Source: an uncultured Acidimicrobiia bacterium
GTDB taxonomy: Bacteria > Actinomycetota > Acidimicrobiia > Acidimicrobiales > AC-14
DNA: 64,000 nucleotides
Reading direction: 5' to 3'
Assembly (NCBI GenBank): GCA_963836205.1
Contig: CAWIIV010000014.1
Coordinates: 1-64,000 of the forward strand
Made by a program: the position numbers and the translations under genes. Shown here piece after piece: positions 11,027 to 20,977 of this stretch (position 1 is its first letter; each line of letters starts with the position of its first letter). The notes beneath the pieces were generated by a model. That model worked only from the letters and a program-made list of their open reading frames with translations, ran no database searches and was not told the origin of the DNA.

Positions 11027-11749
11027 CTAAACCGGCCGCCGGTCCTTGTAGGCGGCCATGAGCGCCTCCCGATCCTCGGGGGACACGTACTTGACGGCCT
11101 CCCGCATGGTCACGCCCGATGCCCGGTGGGTGCGGGCGGCGAGCCAGGCGACGACCTCGTCGGGGCGGCGCTTGCCCTCCTCCCGCAGGACCCAGCCGAT
11201 GGCCTTGCGCACGAAGAACTCCTTCTCGTCGAGCATGGCGTCGGCGTAGCGGAGGAAGCGGTCGAGGGGAAGGCCGCCCTTCATGGGCGTGCGCAGGGCC
11301 AGAAGGGCCGACCGGCGGACCCAGAAGTCGTCGTCGGCCGCCCACCGGTCGAGCTCGGCGGCCGCGTCCGGGTGGCGGTCGAGGACGGCGCCGGCGACGT
11401 CGCCAGCCAGGACGTCGACCAGGGCCCACGTGTGGGACACCCGGATGAGGCGCTCGACGAGGGCGAGGTCGGCCGGCTCGAGCAGGTCGGCTCGGGCGTC
11501 GAGGAGCACCGCCGCCGCCAGCCGCCGGTCGAACAGGGGCCCCGTCCACAGCTCGGCGACCACGGCCAGCAGTGACTCGCGATCGAGAGCGAGGGCAACC
11601 CGGCGCACGACGGTGCGTACCTGCCCCACAGTCACACCGAGGAAGCCGAGGTCGGACTTCAGGTAGCGCTTCTCGCCCTCCGCCCGCTCGGGTGTCCCGG
11701 CCGCCCGCAGTTCGTCCTCGATCGACGCCGCTACCGCCACCGCGTCCAT
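11027..11749 (-). CDS. DNA alkylation repair protein (AlkD-like)
   Basis: YLKSDLGFLGV, TWALVD, DDFWVRR, EFFVRKAIGWVLRE. Confidence 0.9.
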   Translation of the reverse strand: MDAVAVAASIEDELRAAGTPERAEGEKRYLKSDLGFLGVTVGQVRTVVRRVALALDRESLLAVVAELWTGPLFDRRLAAAVLLDARADLLEPADLALVERLIRVSHTWALVDVLAGDVAGAVLDRHPDAAAELDRWAADDDFWVRRSALLALRTPMKGGLPLDRFLRYADAMLDEKEFFVRKAIGWVLREEGKRRPDEVVAWLAARTHRASGVTMREAVKYVSPEDREALMAAYKDRRPV

Positions 11750-11756
11750 GTCGCGT

Positions 11757-12263
11757 TCAGACGACGAGCAGGCTGCGCCAGTCGGAGAGCCGGGTGCGGA
11801 CCTGGGCCGGCGTCATCCGCAGCGTGGCCTCGGGAACCTTGTCGACGATCTTGCGCTGGTCCCAGTAGTGGTGCGACGCGCCCGAGAACAGCGGCTTGCG
11901 GTAGGTGACCAGCTCGGGCGGGGCGTCGCCGAGGAAACCCCACACGGTGAAGGCGAGGTCGAGGTCGTGGATCACCGGAGCCCGGCCGAACAGCGAGGCC
12001 CGGGCCATGGCCACGCCCACACAGCCGGCCTCGACGTCGTGGGCATGCTCGCCGGGGGCGAGTTGGAGGCGGTCGGCGAAGCGCCGCACCAGGACCAGGG
12101 CGTACCCCTGGTCGGGTCCCTGGCGCCCGAGCTTGGGGCCGCCCGGCTGGCGTCCGGTGAGGTCACCCGGACGCTCCGCCTTCCACGCCCGGGCCGGGGG
12201 GATCGCCAACCGCGAGCGGGCCTTGTCGGCCAACAGGACGGGCACGTTCTCGGGAGCGGACAT
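11757..12263 (-). CDS. Hypothetical protein
   Basis: Clean ORF co-oriented with ilvE. Confidence 0.7.
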   Translation of the reverse strand: MSAPENVPVLLADKARSRLAIPPARAWKAERPGDLTGRQPGGPKLGRQGPDQGYALVLVRRFADRLQLAPGEHAHDVEAGCVGVAMARASLFGRAPVIHDLDLAFTVWGFLGDAPPELVTYRKPLFSGASHHYWDQRKIVDKVPEATLRMTPAQVRTRLSDWRSLLVV

Positions 12264-12305
12264 GGCTAGAGGCTCTCACGCCCGTGGTTGGCGGGCACAG
12301 AGGGG

Positions 12306-13226
12306 TCAGACATTCACGTGCTCCAGCCAGTTCTTGTAGCGGTCGACCTCGCCCCGGACGGTGGCGAAGTAGGTCTCCTGGATGCTCCTGGTGATGGGGC
12401 CGGGCTCGCCGATCTCCCGATCGTCGACCGATCGGATGGGCACCACCTCGGCTGCGGTGCCGGTGAGGAACGCCTCCTCGGCCAGGTAGAGGTCGGTGCG
12501 CAGCAGGTTGGCCTCGGTCACCTCGTGGCCCAGGTCGCGGGCGATGGTGGACACCGAGTCCTGGGTGATCCCCTCCAGCGCGCCGGCGGCCGAGGGCGGC
12601 GTGAGCAGGCGTCCGTGCTTGACGATGAACAGGTTCTCGCCCGTGCACTCGCTCACGTAGCCCTGGGGCGACAGGAGGATGGCCTCGTCGTAGCCGGCCT
12701 TGAGCGCCTCCACCTTGGCCATCGACGAGTTGCCGTACATCCCGGTCCCCTTGGCCGCCACCGGCACCGCGTTGGGATCGTGGCGCTGCCAGCTGGAGAT
12801 CTTGCAGCGCACGCCTTCCCTGATCCCCTTGTCGCCGAGATACGTCCCCCACGGCCAGACCGCGATCGACACGTTGACCGGGCACGGCAGCGGGTTGAGG
12901 CCCATCTCCCCGTAGCCCAGGTAGACGATGGGACGGATGTAGCAGGCGTCGAGGTTGTTCGCCCGCACCGTGTCCTTCACCGCCTCGACCAGGTCGTCGA
13001 CCGAGTAGGGGATGTCGATCAGGTACACCTTGGCGCTGGTGAACAGCCGCTTGATGTGGTCGGTGAGGCGGAAGACGGCCGCCCCCTGGGAGGTGCTGTA
13101 GGCCCGGATGCCCTCGAACACGCCGCTGCCGTAGTGCAGCGAGTGGGTGAGGATGTGGACCTTGGCCTCGTGCCAGGGGACCAGCTCACCGTCCATCCAG
13201 ATCTTGTCGACCGTTTGCAGTGGCAT
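12306..13226 (-). CDS. ilvE: Branched-chain amino acid aminotransferase
   Basis: HSLHYGSGVFEGIRAY, YIRP, ECTGENLF, LEGIT, TGTAAEV. Confidence 0.96.
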   Translation of the reverse strand: MPLQTVDKIWMDGELVPWHEAKVHILTHSLHYGSGVFEGIRAYSTSQGAAVFRLTDHIKRLFTSAKVYLIDIPYSVDDLVEAVKDTVRANNLDACYIRPIVYLGYGEMGLNPLPCPVNVSIAVWPWGTYLGDKGIREGVRCKISSWQRHDPNAVPVAAKGTGMYGNSSMAKVEALKAGYDEAILLSPQGYVSECTGENLFIVKHGRLLTPPSAAGALEGITQDSVSTIARDLGHEVTEANLLRTDLYLAEEAFLTGTAAEVVPIRSVDDREIGEPGPITRSIQETYFATVRGEVDRYKNWLEHVNV

Positions 13227-13233
13227 TACCCCT

Positions 13234-14247
13234 TCAACCTTTCCCAGATAACTGTGGGCCAGAGAGATGTGATTGGACGGCGTTGCTGATCTCGGTGGTG
13301 GTGCCTGTGGTGCCGCTGGCTATCACGGCGTCGCAGGCGTCGAAGATGCGGCGGGCGGCGTCGGCCTCGCCCAGGAAGTCGAGCATCATGGCCGCCGACC
13401 GGATGGCGGCCAAGGGGTTGGCCGTGCCCGTGCCGGCGATGTCGGGGGCAGATCCGTGGACCGGCTCGAACAGCGACGGTCCGGTGCGGTCGGGGTTGAG
13501 GTTGGCCGAGGCGGCGGTGCCGATCCCCCCCGCCACCGCCCCCGCCAGGTCGGTGAGGATGTCGCCGAAGAGGTTGTCGGTGACGATCACGTCGAACCGG
13601 TTCGGGCGCTCCACCAGGTGGACGCAGGCGGCGTCGACATGGCAGTAGGCGGTGGTGACGTCGGGGTGCTCGGCGGCCACCTCGTCGAACGTGCGCTGCC
13701 AGAGGTCGCCGGCGAAGGCGAGGACATTGGTCTTGTGGACGAGGGTGAGGTGGCGGCGGGGGCGGGCCTCGGCCTGGGAGAAGGCGAACCGCACGCACCG
13801 CTCGACCCCCCGCCGGGTGTTCACCGAGCCCTGGGTGGCGATCTCGTGGGGCGTGCCCTTGCGCAGGAACCCGCCCTCGCCGGCGTAGACGCCCTCAGTG
13901 TTCTCCCGGACCACGATGGCGTCGATAGTGGCCGCGGGCGCCAGGAACGGCCGCAGGTTGACGTAGAGGTCGAGCTCGAATCGCAGGCGCAGGAGCAGTC
14001 CCCGTTCGAGGATGCCGGGCTTGACCGCGGGCGAGCCGACTGCGCCCAGGAGGATGGCGTCGACGTTGCGCAGCTCGTCGAGCACGGAGTCGGGCAGGAC
14101 CTCGCCGGTGCGCAGGTAGCGGTCGCCACCCAGGTCGTAGTCGACGATGTCGAGGTCGACGCCCGCGGCGCGCACGACGGTCAGGGCCTCGGCCACGACC
14201 TCCGGCCCGATCCCGTCACCACCGATGACAGCGATGTTGTGTCCCAC
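13234..14247 (-). CDS. leuB: 3-isopropylmalate dehydrogenase
   Basis: [42 protein letters not shown]. Confidence 0.95.
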   Translation of the reverse strand: MGHNIAVIGGDGIGPEVVAEALTVVRAAGVDLDIVDYDLGGDRYLRTGEVLPDSVLDELRNVDAILLGAVGSPAVKPGILERGLLLRLRFELDLYVNLRPFLAPAATIDAIVVRENTEGVYAGEGGFLRKGTPHEIATQGSVNTRRGVERCVRFAFSQAEARPRRHLTLVHKTNVLAFAGDLWQRTFDEVAAEHPDVTTAYCHVDAACVHLVERPNRFDVIVTDNLFGDILTDLAGAVAGGIGTAASANLNPDRTGPSLFEPVHGSAPDIAGTGTANPLAAIRSAAMMLDFLGEADAARRIFDACDAVIASGTTGTTTEISNAVQSHLSGPQLSGKG

Positions 14248-14271
14248 GGCGAACCCCTGATTCAGAACGTC

Positions 14272-14306
14272 AGAAAAAAGAAAACCGCCCACCTGGGGTG
14301 GACGGT
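14272..14306 (-). terminator. Attenuator terminator upstream of leuB
   Basis: RNA ACCGUCCAC-cccag-GUGGGCGGU followed by UUUCUUUUUU. Confidence 0.85.
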
Positions 14307-14334
14307 CGAGCACACGCCAGCGGGGCGGCGTGCG

Positions 14335-14367
14335 CTACGGAAGTACGGGAATCGAGTACCGGGTCAT
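14335..14367 (-). CDS. Putative branched-chain amino acid leader peptide MTRYSIPVLP
   Basis: ATG ACC CGG TAC TCG ATT CCC GTA CTT CCG TAG; Ile/Val/Leu on A/T-ending codons just before a terminator; TACACT -10 at 14377-14382. Confidence 0.7.
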   Translation of the reverse strand: MTRYSIPVLP

Positions 14368-14431
14368 GCCTGCCCGAGTGTAGCCAAACGACCTGCGACC
14401 GGCACGGCAAAACCGGCGGTAGCGTCGGGGC

Positions 14432-14899
14432 ATGCACGACACACAGCTTTCCCAGGCTGCCTACCAGCGGCTCCGGGAGGAGCTCGACGATCTGACCACC
14501 CGCGGTCGCATCGAAGTGGCCAACCGCATCCAGACCGCACGCGAGCTCGGTGACCTCAGCGAGAACGCCGATTACCACGCCGCCCGGGAGGACCAGGGGC
14601 GCATGGAGCTTCGCATCCGCCAGCTGACGCAGCTCCTGGACAAGGCCCAGATCATCCAGGGGGGCGACACCAGTGGGCGGGTCACCAGCGGCACCATCGT
14701 GTCGCTGCGCTACCAGGGCGACGACGAGGTCGAGCGCTATCTGGTGGGCTCGATCGAGGAGCGGCGCGACGACCTGCCGGTGATCTCCCCCGCGTCCCCG
14801 CTGGGCAAGGCCCTCATGGGCCGCTCCTCCGGCGACCTGGTCGACTACGAGGCGCCCCGGGCCACGCTCACCGTCGAGATCGTCGACGTCGAGGGCTGA
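14432..14899 (+). CDS. greA: Transcription elongation factor GreA
   Basis: ARELGDLSENADYHAARE, ISPASPLGKAL; TAGCGT -10 6 nt before the ATG. Confidence 0.95.
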   Translation: MHDTQLSQAAYQRLREELDDLTTRGRIEVANRIQTARELGDLSENADYHAAREDQGRMELRIRQLTQLLDKAQIIQGGDTSGRVTSGTIVSLRYQGDDEVERYLVGSIEERRDDLPVISPASPLGKALMGRSSGDLVDYEAPRATLTVEIVDVEG

Positions 14900-14962
14900 G
14901 CGTCGAGGCCTGAACGTCGAGGGTCTGACACCGCCGGGCCCGCCCTGCCCCCCGGGCGACTG

Positions 14963-15757
14963 GTGGGCCCGACGTTCGTCCGGGAGGTGACGGGGCCGCC
15001 GGGAGCGCCGGTGATGGTGCTGCTCCACGGGCTGACGGCGGCGGCCGACCTCAACTGGTTCGCCGTGTTCGACGAGTTGGGCTTGGCCGGGTTCCGGGTG
15101 CTGTCGGTGGAGCACCGGGGCTACGCCCGGGGCCGGTCGTTGGCCGGCGGCCGGTGCCGGCTGGACGACCTGGCCGACGACGTGGTGGCCGTCGCCGACG
15201 GGTTGGGCGTCGAGCGGTTCGTGGCCGTCGGGTACTCGATGGGCGGGGCGGTGGCGCAGCTGCTGTGGCGGCGGCACCGGTCGCGGGTGGCGGGGCTGGT
15301 GCTGGGGGCGACGGCGGCGGTGTTCTCGGAAACGGTGCGGGAGCGGGTGCTGTCGGGGCTGCTGCCGGCGGCGTCGGTGGCCGGGCGGGTGGTGCCGTCG
15401 GTCGCGGGGAAGTTCGTGGGGAGCACCCTCCGGGCCCGGTTCGTGGGTTCGCCCTGGGCCGGTTGGGCCGAGGCCGAGCTGGCCCGCCACCGCCCGGCGG
15501 TGATGCTGGCGTGGGCCGCGGCCCTGGGCCGGTTCTCGTCGCAAGCGTGGATCGGAGGGGTCGACGTGCCCACCGCGGTGGTCGTGACCTCGAGGGACGT
15601 GCTGGTGCCCACGCCGCGGCAACTGGCCCTGGCCGCGGCCATCCGGGGGGCCCACGTCGTCCATCTCGACGGCGACCACGGCGTCTTCGTCACCGACCAA
15701 CCCGCCTTCGCCGCCGCGGTGGTGGACGCGTGCCGCCGCGTGACGACCGCCGGCTGA
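14963..15757 (+). CDS. Alpha/beta hydrolase
   Basis: LLHG, GYSMGG nucleophile elbow, D and GDH triad residues. Confidence 0.88.
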   Translation: MGPTFVREVTGPPGAPVMVLLHGLTAAADLNWFAVFDELGLAGFRVLSVEHRGYARGRSLAGGRCRLDDLADDVVAVADGLGVERFVAVGYSMGGAVAQLLWRRHRSRVAGLVLGATAAVFSETVRERVLSGLLPAASVAGRVVPSVAGKFVGSTLRARFVGSPWAGWAEAELARHRPAVMLAWAAALGRFSSQAWIGGVDVPTAVVVTSRDVLVPTPRQLALAAAIRGAHVVHLDGDHGVFVTDQPAFAAAVVDACRRVTTAG

Positions 15758-15771
15758 GGCGTCCTGGGCAT

Positions 15772-15799
15772 GAAAGGGGTGCTGTGTGCGCCCCTTTTC
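15772..15799. terminator. Hairpin between convergent genes
   Basis: GAAAGGGGTGC-tgtgt-GCGCCCCTTTTC. Confidence 0.5.
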
Positions 15800-15829
15800 C
15801 GACCCAAGAGGTGGCTGCGGAGCGGCCCG

Positions 15830-16071
15830 TCAGATGCTGGTGAAGTCCCTCACCAGCATGATCGACTCCTCCGAGAGGGGCCATGTACAGCACGTCGGCG
15901 TTGGCCACCGGGATGGGTGGCGAGGAGGTCGTCCGGACGCTCAGGGTCGATCGAGGGGATCGATCCGTCCGCCGGCGGACCCAGCGAGAGATCTCGAGGT
16001 GCGGCGGGAGGTCGCGCCTGATCCAGCCGATGAGTTGCGTCCTCGTAGACGACCCGCCATCGCCACGCCAT
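15830..16071 (-). pseudogene. Frameshifted small protein, possibly a RelE/ParE-like toxin
   Basis: Coding-looking segments across three frames: MAWRWRVVYED / LIGWIRRDLPPHLEISRWVRR / PDDLLAT / IPVANADVLYMA / LSEESIMLVRDFTSI*. Confidence 0.3.
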
Positions 16072-16083
16072 CGCCGCGGGGCG

Positions 16084-16305
16084 CTACCGCTGCCTCTCGA
16101 CGATGCTCCTGGCCAGCGCGTCGGTTGCCTGGATCCGCCGCCGATACGTGGGATCGGCCAACCGGACTCGCGCGCGCGCCTCGAGCTGCTCGAGCTCATC
16201 CCGCGACGCGGGGAGCCATGCCTCGACGGGAGCTTCGGCGAGGACTGGGGCGGCTGCGTCCGCGCGAACGCTCATCGCGGGCACCTCGGCTTCCTCGGGT
16301 GTCAT
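16084..16305 (-). CDS. Small hypothetical protein (73 aa), possible antitoxin
   Basis: ORF ends 12 bp before the previous ORF; helical and charged. Confidence 0.4.
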   Translation of the reverse strand: MTPEEAEVPAMSVRADAAAPVLAEAPVEAWLPASRDELEQLEARARVRLADPTYRRRIQATDALARSIVERQR

Positions 16306-16554
16306 GTCGCGCCCCGCCGTGCAAGCCTCATCCGGCCATCGCCTTTCGCCCTCAGTTCGATCGAACACGTTTCGGTCATCGGTACCTGTTGTACCGATTG
16401 GTTGGGACAGCAACCCCCCGCTCGTCGCGCTCCCTGCCCTGAAACCCGGCGTCGACAGCGGACAGGAACGCCGGTGAACTGCGCTTTTGTGGGGTCGTCC
16501 CGGGTTTTCCATAGGCTGCTGGCGAGCTGCGCACAGCCTTTCCCCCGTCGAGCC

Positions 16555-17187
16555 TCAGTCTGTCGCCAGCTCCCGCTCCACCGCCCGGGCCGCTTCGAGC
16601 AGGGCGGGGCCGTACCGGTCGCCCGGAGATCGGGTGGTGCGCTCGATGGGGCCGGACACCGAAACCGCGGCCACGACCTCGCCGCCGGGACCCGTCACCG
16701 GGGCGCTGGCTGACGCCACGCCCCGCTCCCGCTCCTCGACGCTCTCGGCCCACCCGACACCGTCGACGGACGGGTCCCCCCGGAGGACCTTGCCCGCCGA
16801 CCCCACGTCGAGCGGTAGGGACGCCCCGACGGCGACGATCGTGCGCAGGCCGTGGGGAGACTCCAACGAGGCGACGCACAGGCGGCGGTCGCCCCGGCGG
16901 ACGTAGAGCTGCACGCTCTCGCCGGTGGCGTCGCGCAGCCGCTCCAGGGCGGGCCGGGCCCGTACCGGCAGCTCCCGACCGGTGAGCCGGGGGCCGAGCT
17001 CGAAGCGGCCGTCGGCGTCACGCCCGACCAGCCCGTGGACCTCCAGCGCCACGGCCAGCCGGTGGGCCGTGGCCCGGGGCAGGCCGGTGGCCTCCACCAG
17101 CTCGTTCAGCGCCATTGGTTGCGCCCCCAGCGCGTCGAGGATGGAAACCGCCTTGTCGAGGACTCCGATTCCGGATACTGTTCCCAC
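16555..17187 (-). CDS. IclR family regulator (NdgR/LtbR-like)
   Basis: [40 protein letters not shown]; divergent from leuC. Confidence 0.92.
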   Translation of the reverse strand: MGTVSGIGVLDKAVSILDALGAQPMALNELVEATGLPRATAHRLAVALEVHGLVGRDADGRFELGPRLTGRELPVRARPALERLRDATGESVQLYVRRGDRRLCVASLESPHGLRTIVAVGASLPLDVGSAGKVLRGDPSVDGVGWAESVEERERGVASASAPVTGPGGEVVAAVSVSGPIERTTRSPGDRYGPALLEAARAVERELATD

Positions 17188-17200
17188 ATGGCAAGAATAG

Positions 17201-17219
17201 CGTCCCAGAATATGGGACG
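17201..17219. promoter_or_regulatory. Palindromic IclR operator overlapping the leuC start
   Basis: CGTCCCA-gaata-TGGGACG. Confidence 0.65.
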
Positions 17220-18639
17220 GCAACCGCGGACGCTGTCCCAAAAGGTGTGGGATCAGCACGTCGTCCGCCCCGGCACCGGTGACGAACCCGACCTGCTCTA
17301 CATCGACCTGCACCTGATCCACGAGGTGACCACCCCCCAGGCGTTCGACGGCCTCCGCCTCGCCGGGCGCACCGTCCGTCGCCCCGACCTCACCCTGGCC
17401 ACGGCCGACCACAACACGCCCACCATCGGCCTCGACCTCCCCCTCGCCGACCCCATCTCCGCCCGCCAGTTGCAGGCGCTCACCGACAACTGCGCCCAGT
17501 ACGGCATCACCTTCCACCCCATGGGGTCGCCCGGGCAGGGAATCGTCCACGTCATCGGCCCCGAGCTGGGCCTCACCCAGCCGGGGATGACGGTGGTGTG
17601 CGGCGACAGCCACACGTCGACCCACGGGGCCTTCGGCGCCCTGGCGTTCGGCATCGGCACCAGCGAGGTGGAGCACGTCCTCGCCACCCAGACCCTCCCC
17701 GCCCGCCGCCCGGGGACCATGGCCATCACCGTCGAGGGCGACCTGCCCGCCGGCGTCACCGCCAAGGACGTGATCCTCACGGTCATCGGCCGGATCGGCA
17801 CTGGGGGCGGCGTCGGCCACATCGTCGAGTACCGGGGCTCGGCCATCCGGGCCCTGTCGATGGAGGGACGGATGACGATCTGCAACATGTCGGTGGAGGC
17901 GGGGGCCAAGGCGGGCATGGTCAGCCCCGACGACACCACCTTCGCCTGGCTGGAAGGACGGGCCCACGCCCCCGAGGGGGCCGACTGGGCGCAGGCCCTC
18001 GACGACTGGCGGGCGCTGGCCACCGACGCCGGCGCCACCTTCGACACGGAGGTCGTGTTCGACGCCGGGGCGATGGTGCCGCACGTGTCGTGGGGCACCA
18101 ACCCGTCGCAGGTCGCCCCCCTCGACGGCCACGTGCCCGACCCCGATGCCATGGACGACCCCATCCAGGCCGAGGCCGGGCGGCGGGCGCTCGCCTACAT
18201 GGGCTTGCGCGCCGGCACACCCCTGCGCAACGTCGCGGTCGACGCCGTCTTCATCGGCTCGTGCACCAACTCCCGGCTGGAGGACCTGCGGGCGGCGGCG
18301 GCCGTGATCGGCGGCCGCCACGTGGCGCCCGGCATGCGGGCCATGGTCGTGCCCGGGTCCATGCGAGTGAAGGCAGAGGCGGAGGCGGAGGGCATCGACC
18401 GCGTCTTCCTCGACGCCGGCTTCGAATGGCGGGCCGCGGGCTGCTCCATGTGCCTGGGGATGAACCCCGACAAGTTGGCCCCCGGCGAGCGGTGCGCGTC
18501 GACGTCGAACCGCAACTTCGAGGGCCGCCAGGGACCGGGCGGACGCACCCACCTGGTCTCCCCGGCGGTCGCGGCCGCCACCGCCATCGCCGGCCGGTTC
18601 GCTTCACCTGCCGATTTCATTGCAGGGGATGTCTCATGA
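17212..18639 (+). CDS. leuC: 3-isopropylmalate dehydratase large subunit
   Basis: [48 protein letters not shown]. Confidence 0.97.
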   Translation: MGRQPRTLSQKVWDQHVVRPGTGDEPDLLYIDLHLIHEVTTPQAFDGLRLAGRTVRRPDLTLATADHNTPTIGLDLPLADPISARQLQALTDNCAQYGITFHPMGSPGQGIVHVIGPELGLTQPGMTVVCGDSHTSTHGAFGALAFGIGTSEVEHVLATQTLPARRPGTMAITVEGDLPAGVTAKDVILTVIGRIGTGGGVGHIVEYRGSAIRALSMEGRMTICNMSVEAGAKAGMVSPDDTTFAWLEGRAHAPEGADWAQALDDWRALATDAGATFDTEVVFDAGAMVPHVSWGTNPSQVAPLDGHVPDPDAMDDPIQAEAGRRALAYMGLRAGTPLRNVAVDAVFIGSCTNSRLEDLRAAAAVIGGRHVAPGMRAMVVPGSMRVKAEAEAEGIDRVFLDAGFEWRAAGCSMCLGMNPDKLAPGERCASTSNRNFEGRQGPGGRTHLVSPAVAAATAIAGRFASPADFIAGDVS

Positions 18640-19235
18640 CCATGGAAGCCGTCGTCACCGTCACCGGCACCGCGGTCCCCCTCGACCGGTCCGACGTCGA
18701 CACCGACCAGATCATGCCCAGCGTGTGGCTCAAGCGGGTGGAGCGCACCGGCTTCGGCGAGGGACTGTTCTCCGACTGGCGGCGCGACCCCGACTTCGTC
18801 CTCAACCGGCCCGAGCACGCGGGCGCCGTCATCCTCGTGACCGGCACCAACTTCGGCACCGGCTCGTCCCGGGAACACGCGGTGTGGGGTCTGCTCGATC
18901 ACGGGTTCAAGGTGGTCGTGTCCCCGCGCTTCGCCGACATCTTCCGGTCCAACTGCACCAAGGCGGGCCTGCTGCCGGTGGAGGTCGGCGCCGAGGTGGG
19001 CCGGGCCCTGCTCGACTCGGTCCAGGCCGACCCCACCCTGGAGATCACCGTCGACGTCGCCGCCCGAACCCTCACCGCCCCGTCGGCCGGTATCGCCACC
19101 ACCTTTCCCCTCGACGACTTCACCCAGATGCGGTTCCTGGAGGGCCTCGACGACATCGGGATCACCCTCCGCCACGCCGACGCCATCACCGCCTACGAGG
19201 CGGCGCGGCCGACCCGCCTGCCCACTACGGGGTGA
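18636..19235 (+). CDS. leuD: 3-isopropylmalate dehydratase small subunit
   Basis: [31 protein letters not shown]. Confidence 0.96.
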   Translation: MTMEAVVTVTGTAVPLDRSDVDTDQIMPSVWLKRVERTGFGEGLFSDWRRDPDFVLNRPEHAGAVILVTGTNFGTGSSREHAVWGLLDHGFKVVVSPRFADIFRSNCTKAGLLPVEVGAEVGRALLDSVQADPTLEITVDVAARTLTAPSAGIATTFPLDDFTQMRFLEGLDDIGITLRHADAITAYEAARPTRLPTTG

Positions 19236-19247
19236 GACGGTCGTAGG

Positions 19248-19967
19248 GTGGGCGCAGTGGCGAGCGGCCCGAAGCACGACCTCGAGTTGGCGGAGACCTT
19301 CGCCGAGGTGGCCCGCGTCCTCCTCGACGAACACGACGTGGTCAACACCCTCGACCGCATCTGCCAACTGGCGGTCAAGTCGGTGCCCGACTGCGAGGCG
19401 GCCGGCATCTCGATCGCGACGGAGAAGCTCGTCACCTCCCACGTCACCACCCACGAGCTGACCCGCGCGGTCGACGCTATCCAGTCGGAGACCCAGGAAG
19501 GGCCCTGCGTCGACGCCATCCGGGAGCACCAGGTGTTCGTCACCGGATCGCTGTCGCAGGAGGCCCGTTGGCCCCTGTTCGCCCGCCGGGCCTACGAGGC
19601 GACTGGCGTGGAGAGCATCCTGTCGCTGCGACTCTTCGCCGAAGGGGACACCATGGGGTCGCTGAACCTCTACAGCACCCGGCCGAACGCGTTCGACGAC
19701 CAGGACGTCGCCGTCGGGTCGGTCTTCGCCGCCCATGCCGCGGTCGCCCTGGCCACGGCCCACCGGCAGGCCAACCTGGAGAGCATGGCCCTGACCCGCG
19801 ACGTGATCGGCATGGCCAAGGGGATCATCATGGCCCGCCAGAACGTGTCCGAGGACGAGGCCTTCGACGTCCTGCGGCGGGCCTCCCAGCGGATGAACGT
19901 GAAGCTCCGGGAGCTGGCGACGCGGTTGGTCCGCCCGGAACCGCCCGCCAAACCGGCCGACTCGTAG
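19248..19967 (+). CDS. GAF and ANTAR domain protein
   Basis: EGPCVDA, GSLNLYS, RDVIGMAKGIIM..AFDVLRRASQRMNVKLRELA. Confidence 0.9.
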   Translation: MGAVASGPKHDLELAETFAEVARVLLDEHDVVNTLDRICQLAVKSVPDCEAAGISIATEKLVTSHVTTHELTRAVDAIQSETQEGPCVDAIREHQVFVTGSLSQEARWPLFARRAYEATGVESILSLRLFAEGDTMGSLNLYSTRPNAFDDQDVAVGSVFAAHAAVALATAHRQANLESMALTRDVIGMAKGIIMARQNVSEDEAFDVLRRASQRMNVKLRELATRLVRPEPPAKPADS

Positions 19968-20009
19968 CCCTGGCACGGCAGGGGGGCTGCCAGCGACCAA
20001 GATCGTCGG

Positions 20010-20465
20010 GTGAGCACTCCCGTCGTCCGACCTATCACCGCCGAGGAGACCCGGCCCCTACGCCACGCAGTCCTGCGACCGGGGCAGAGCTTCGAGCAGA
20101 CGGCGTACTCCCGCGACGACCACCCCGAGACCCTCCACCTGGGCGGGTTCGACGGCGACCGGCTGGTGTCGATCGCGTCGCTCTACCGGGAGGCCCGGCC
20201 CAACCGTCCCAGTCGGTCGGCGTGGCGACTGCGGGGCATGGCCACCGACCCCGAGGTGCGGGGAAGGGGCTTCGCGTCGGCCGTGCTCGACGGGTCGGTC
20301 GCCCACGTGGCCGCCGAGGGTGGCGGCGAGCTGTGGTGCAACGCCCGGGTACCGGCCCTCGGCTTCTACCAGCGCTCGGGCTTCGAGGTGGAGGGCGACG
20401 AGTTCGAGATCGACGGGATCGGCGCCCACGTGGTGGTGACTCGCACCGTCGATCCCGCCGGGTGA
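20010..20465 (+). CDS. GNAT N-acetyltransferase
   Basis: LRHAVLRPG, WRLRGMAT..RGRG, LWCNAR, FYQRSGF. Confidence 0.9.
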   Translation: MSTPVVRPITAEETRPLRHAVLRPGQSFEQTAYSRDDHPETLHLGGFDGDRLVSIASLYREARPNRPSRSAWRLRGMATDPEVRGRGFASAVLDGSVAHVAAEGGGELWCNARVPALGFYQRSGFEVEGDEFEIDGIGAHVVVTRTVDPAG

Positions 20466-20472
20466 GGGCGGG

Positions 20473-20961
20473 TCAGCCGCCGAGGGCCCCGGCGCCGCCC
20501 CCTTGCGGCCGCCGGGGGGCGACATCGGCCGCAGGCTTGTCCGGCCGGTCGGGCTTGTCGGGGTCGCCGGGATCGCCGGGGTCGACGACGCCGTCGACCC
20601 ATGGGCGGTAGATGGCGAAGGACGATTCGGGCGCCACAGGGTCGAGGTGGATCTCGTACTTCTGGGGCTCCAAGGGTTGCTCGGGGGCGGGCTGCTCGAC
20701 GGCGGTGCGGTCGTGGACTTCGGGCTCGAACACCTCCCGGAGGCCCATGGCGATGCCGGCCATGAGTGCCCCCGTCACTGTCCGCTTCCGCCCGCTCCCG
20801 GCGTCGGACCGGGGCCGGGGTTCGCGACCGCCCGCGGCCGCCGCCGCCGCGACCTCCTCCGCATCCGCCGTCGCCTCGGCCAATCGCCGCACCTCGTCGG
20901 CATCGAGCCCGTAGAACGACTCCAGCGGCTCCTCGGCGGTGGGCTCCGGGTCGGTGGCCAC
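20473..20961 (-). CDS. Hypothetical protein
   Basis: ORF downstream of lepB with normal codon bias. Confidence 0.6.
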   Translation of the reverse strand: MATDPEPTAEEPLESFYGLDADEVRRLAEATADAEEVAAAAAAGGREPRPRSDAGSGRKRTVTGALMAGIAMGLREVFEPEVHDRTAVEQPAPEQPLEPQKYEIHLDPVAPESSFAIYRPWVDGVVDPGDPGDPDKPDRPDKPAADVAPRRPQGGGAGALGG

Positions 20962-20977
20962 TAGAAGAAGCGGCCCA

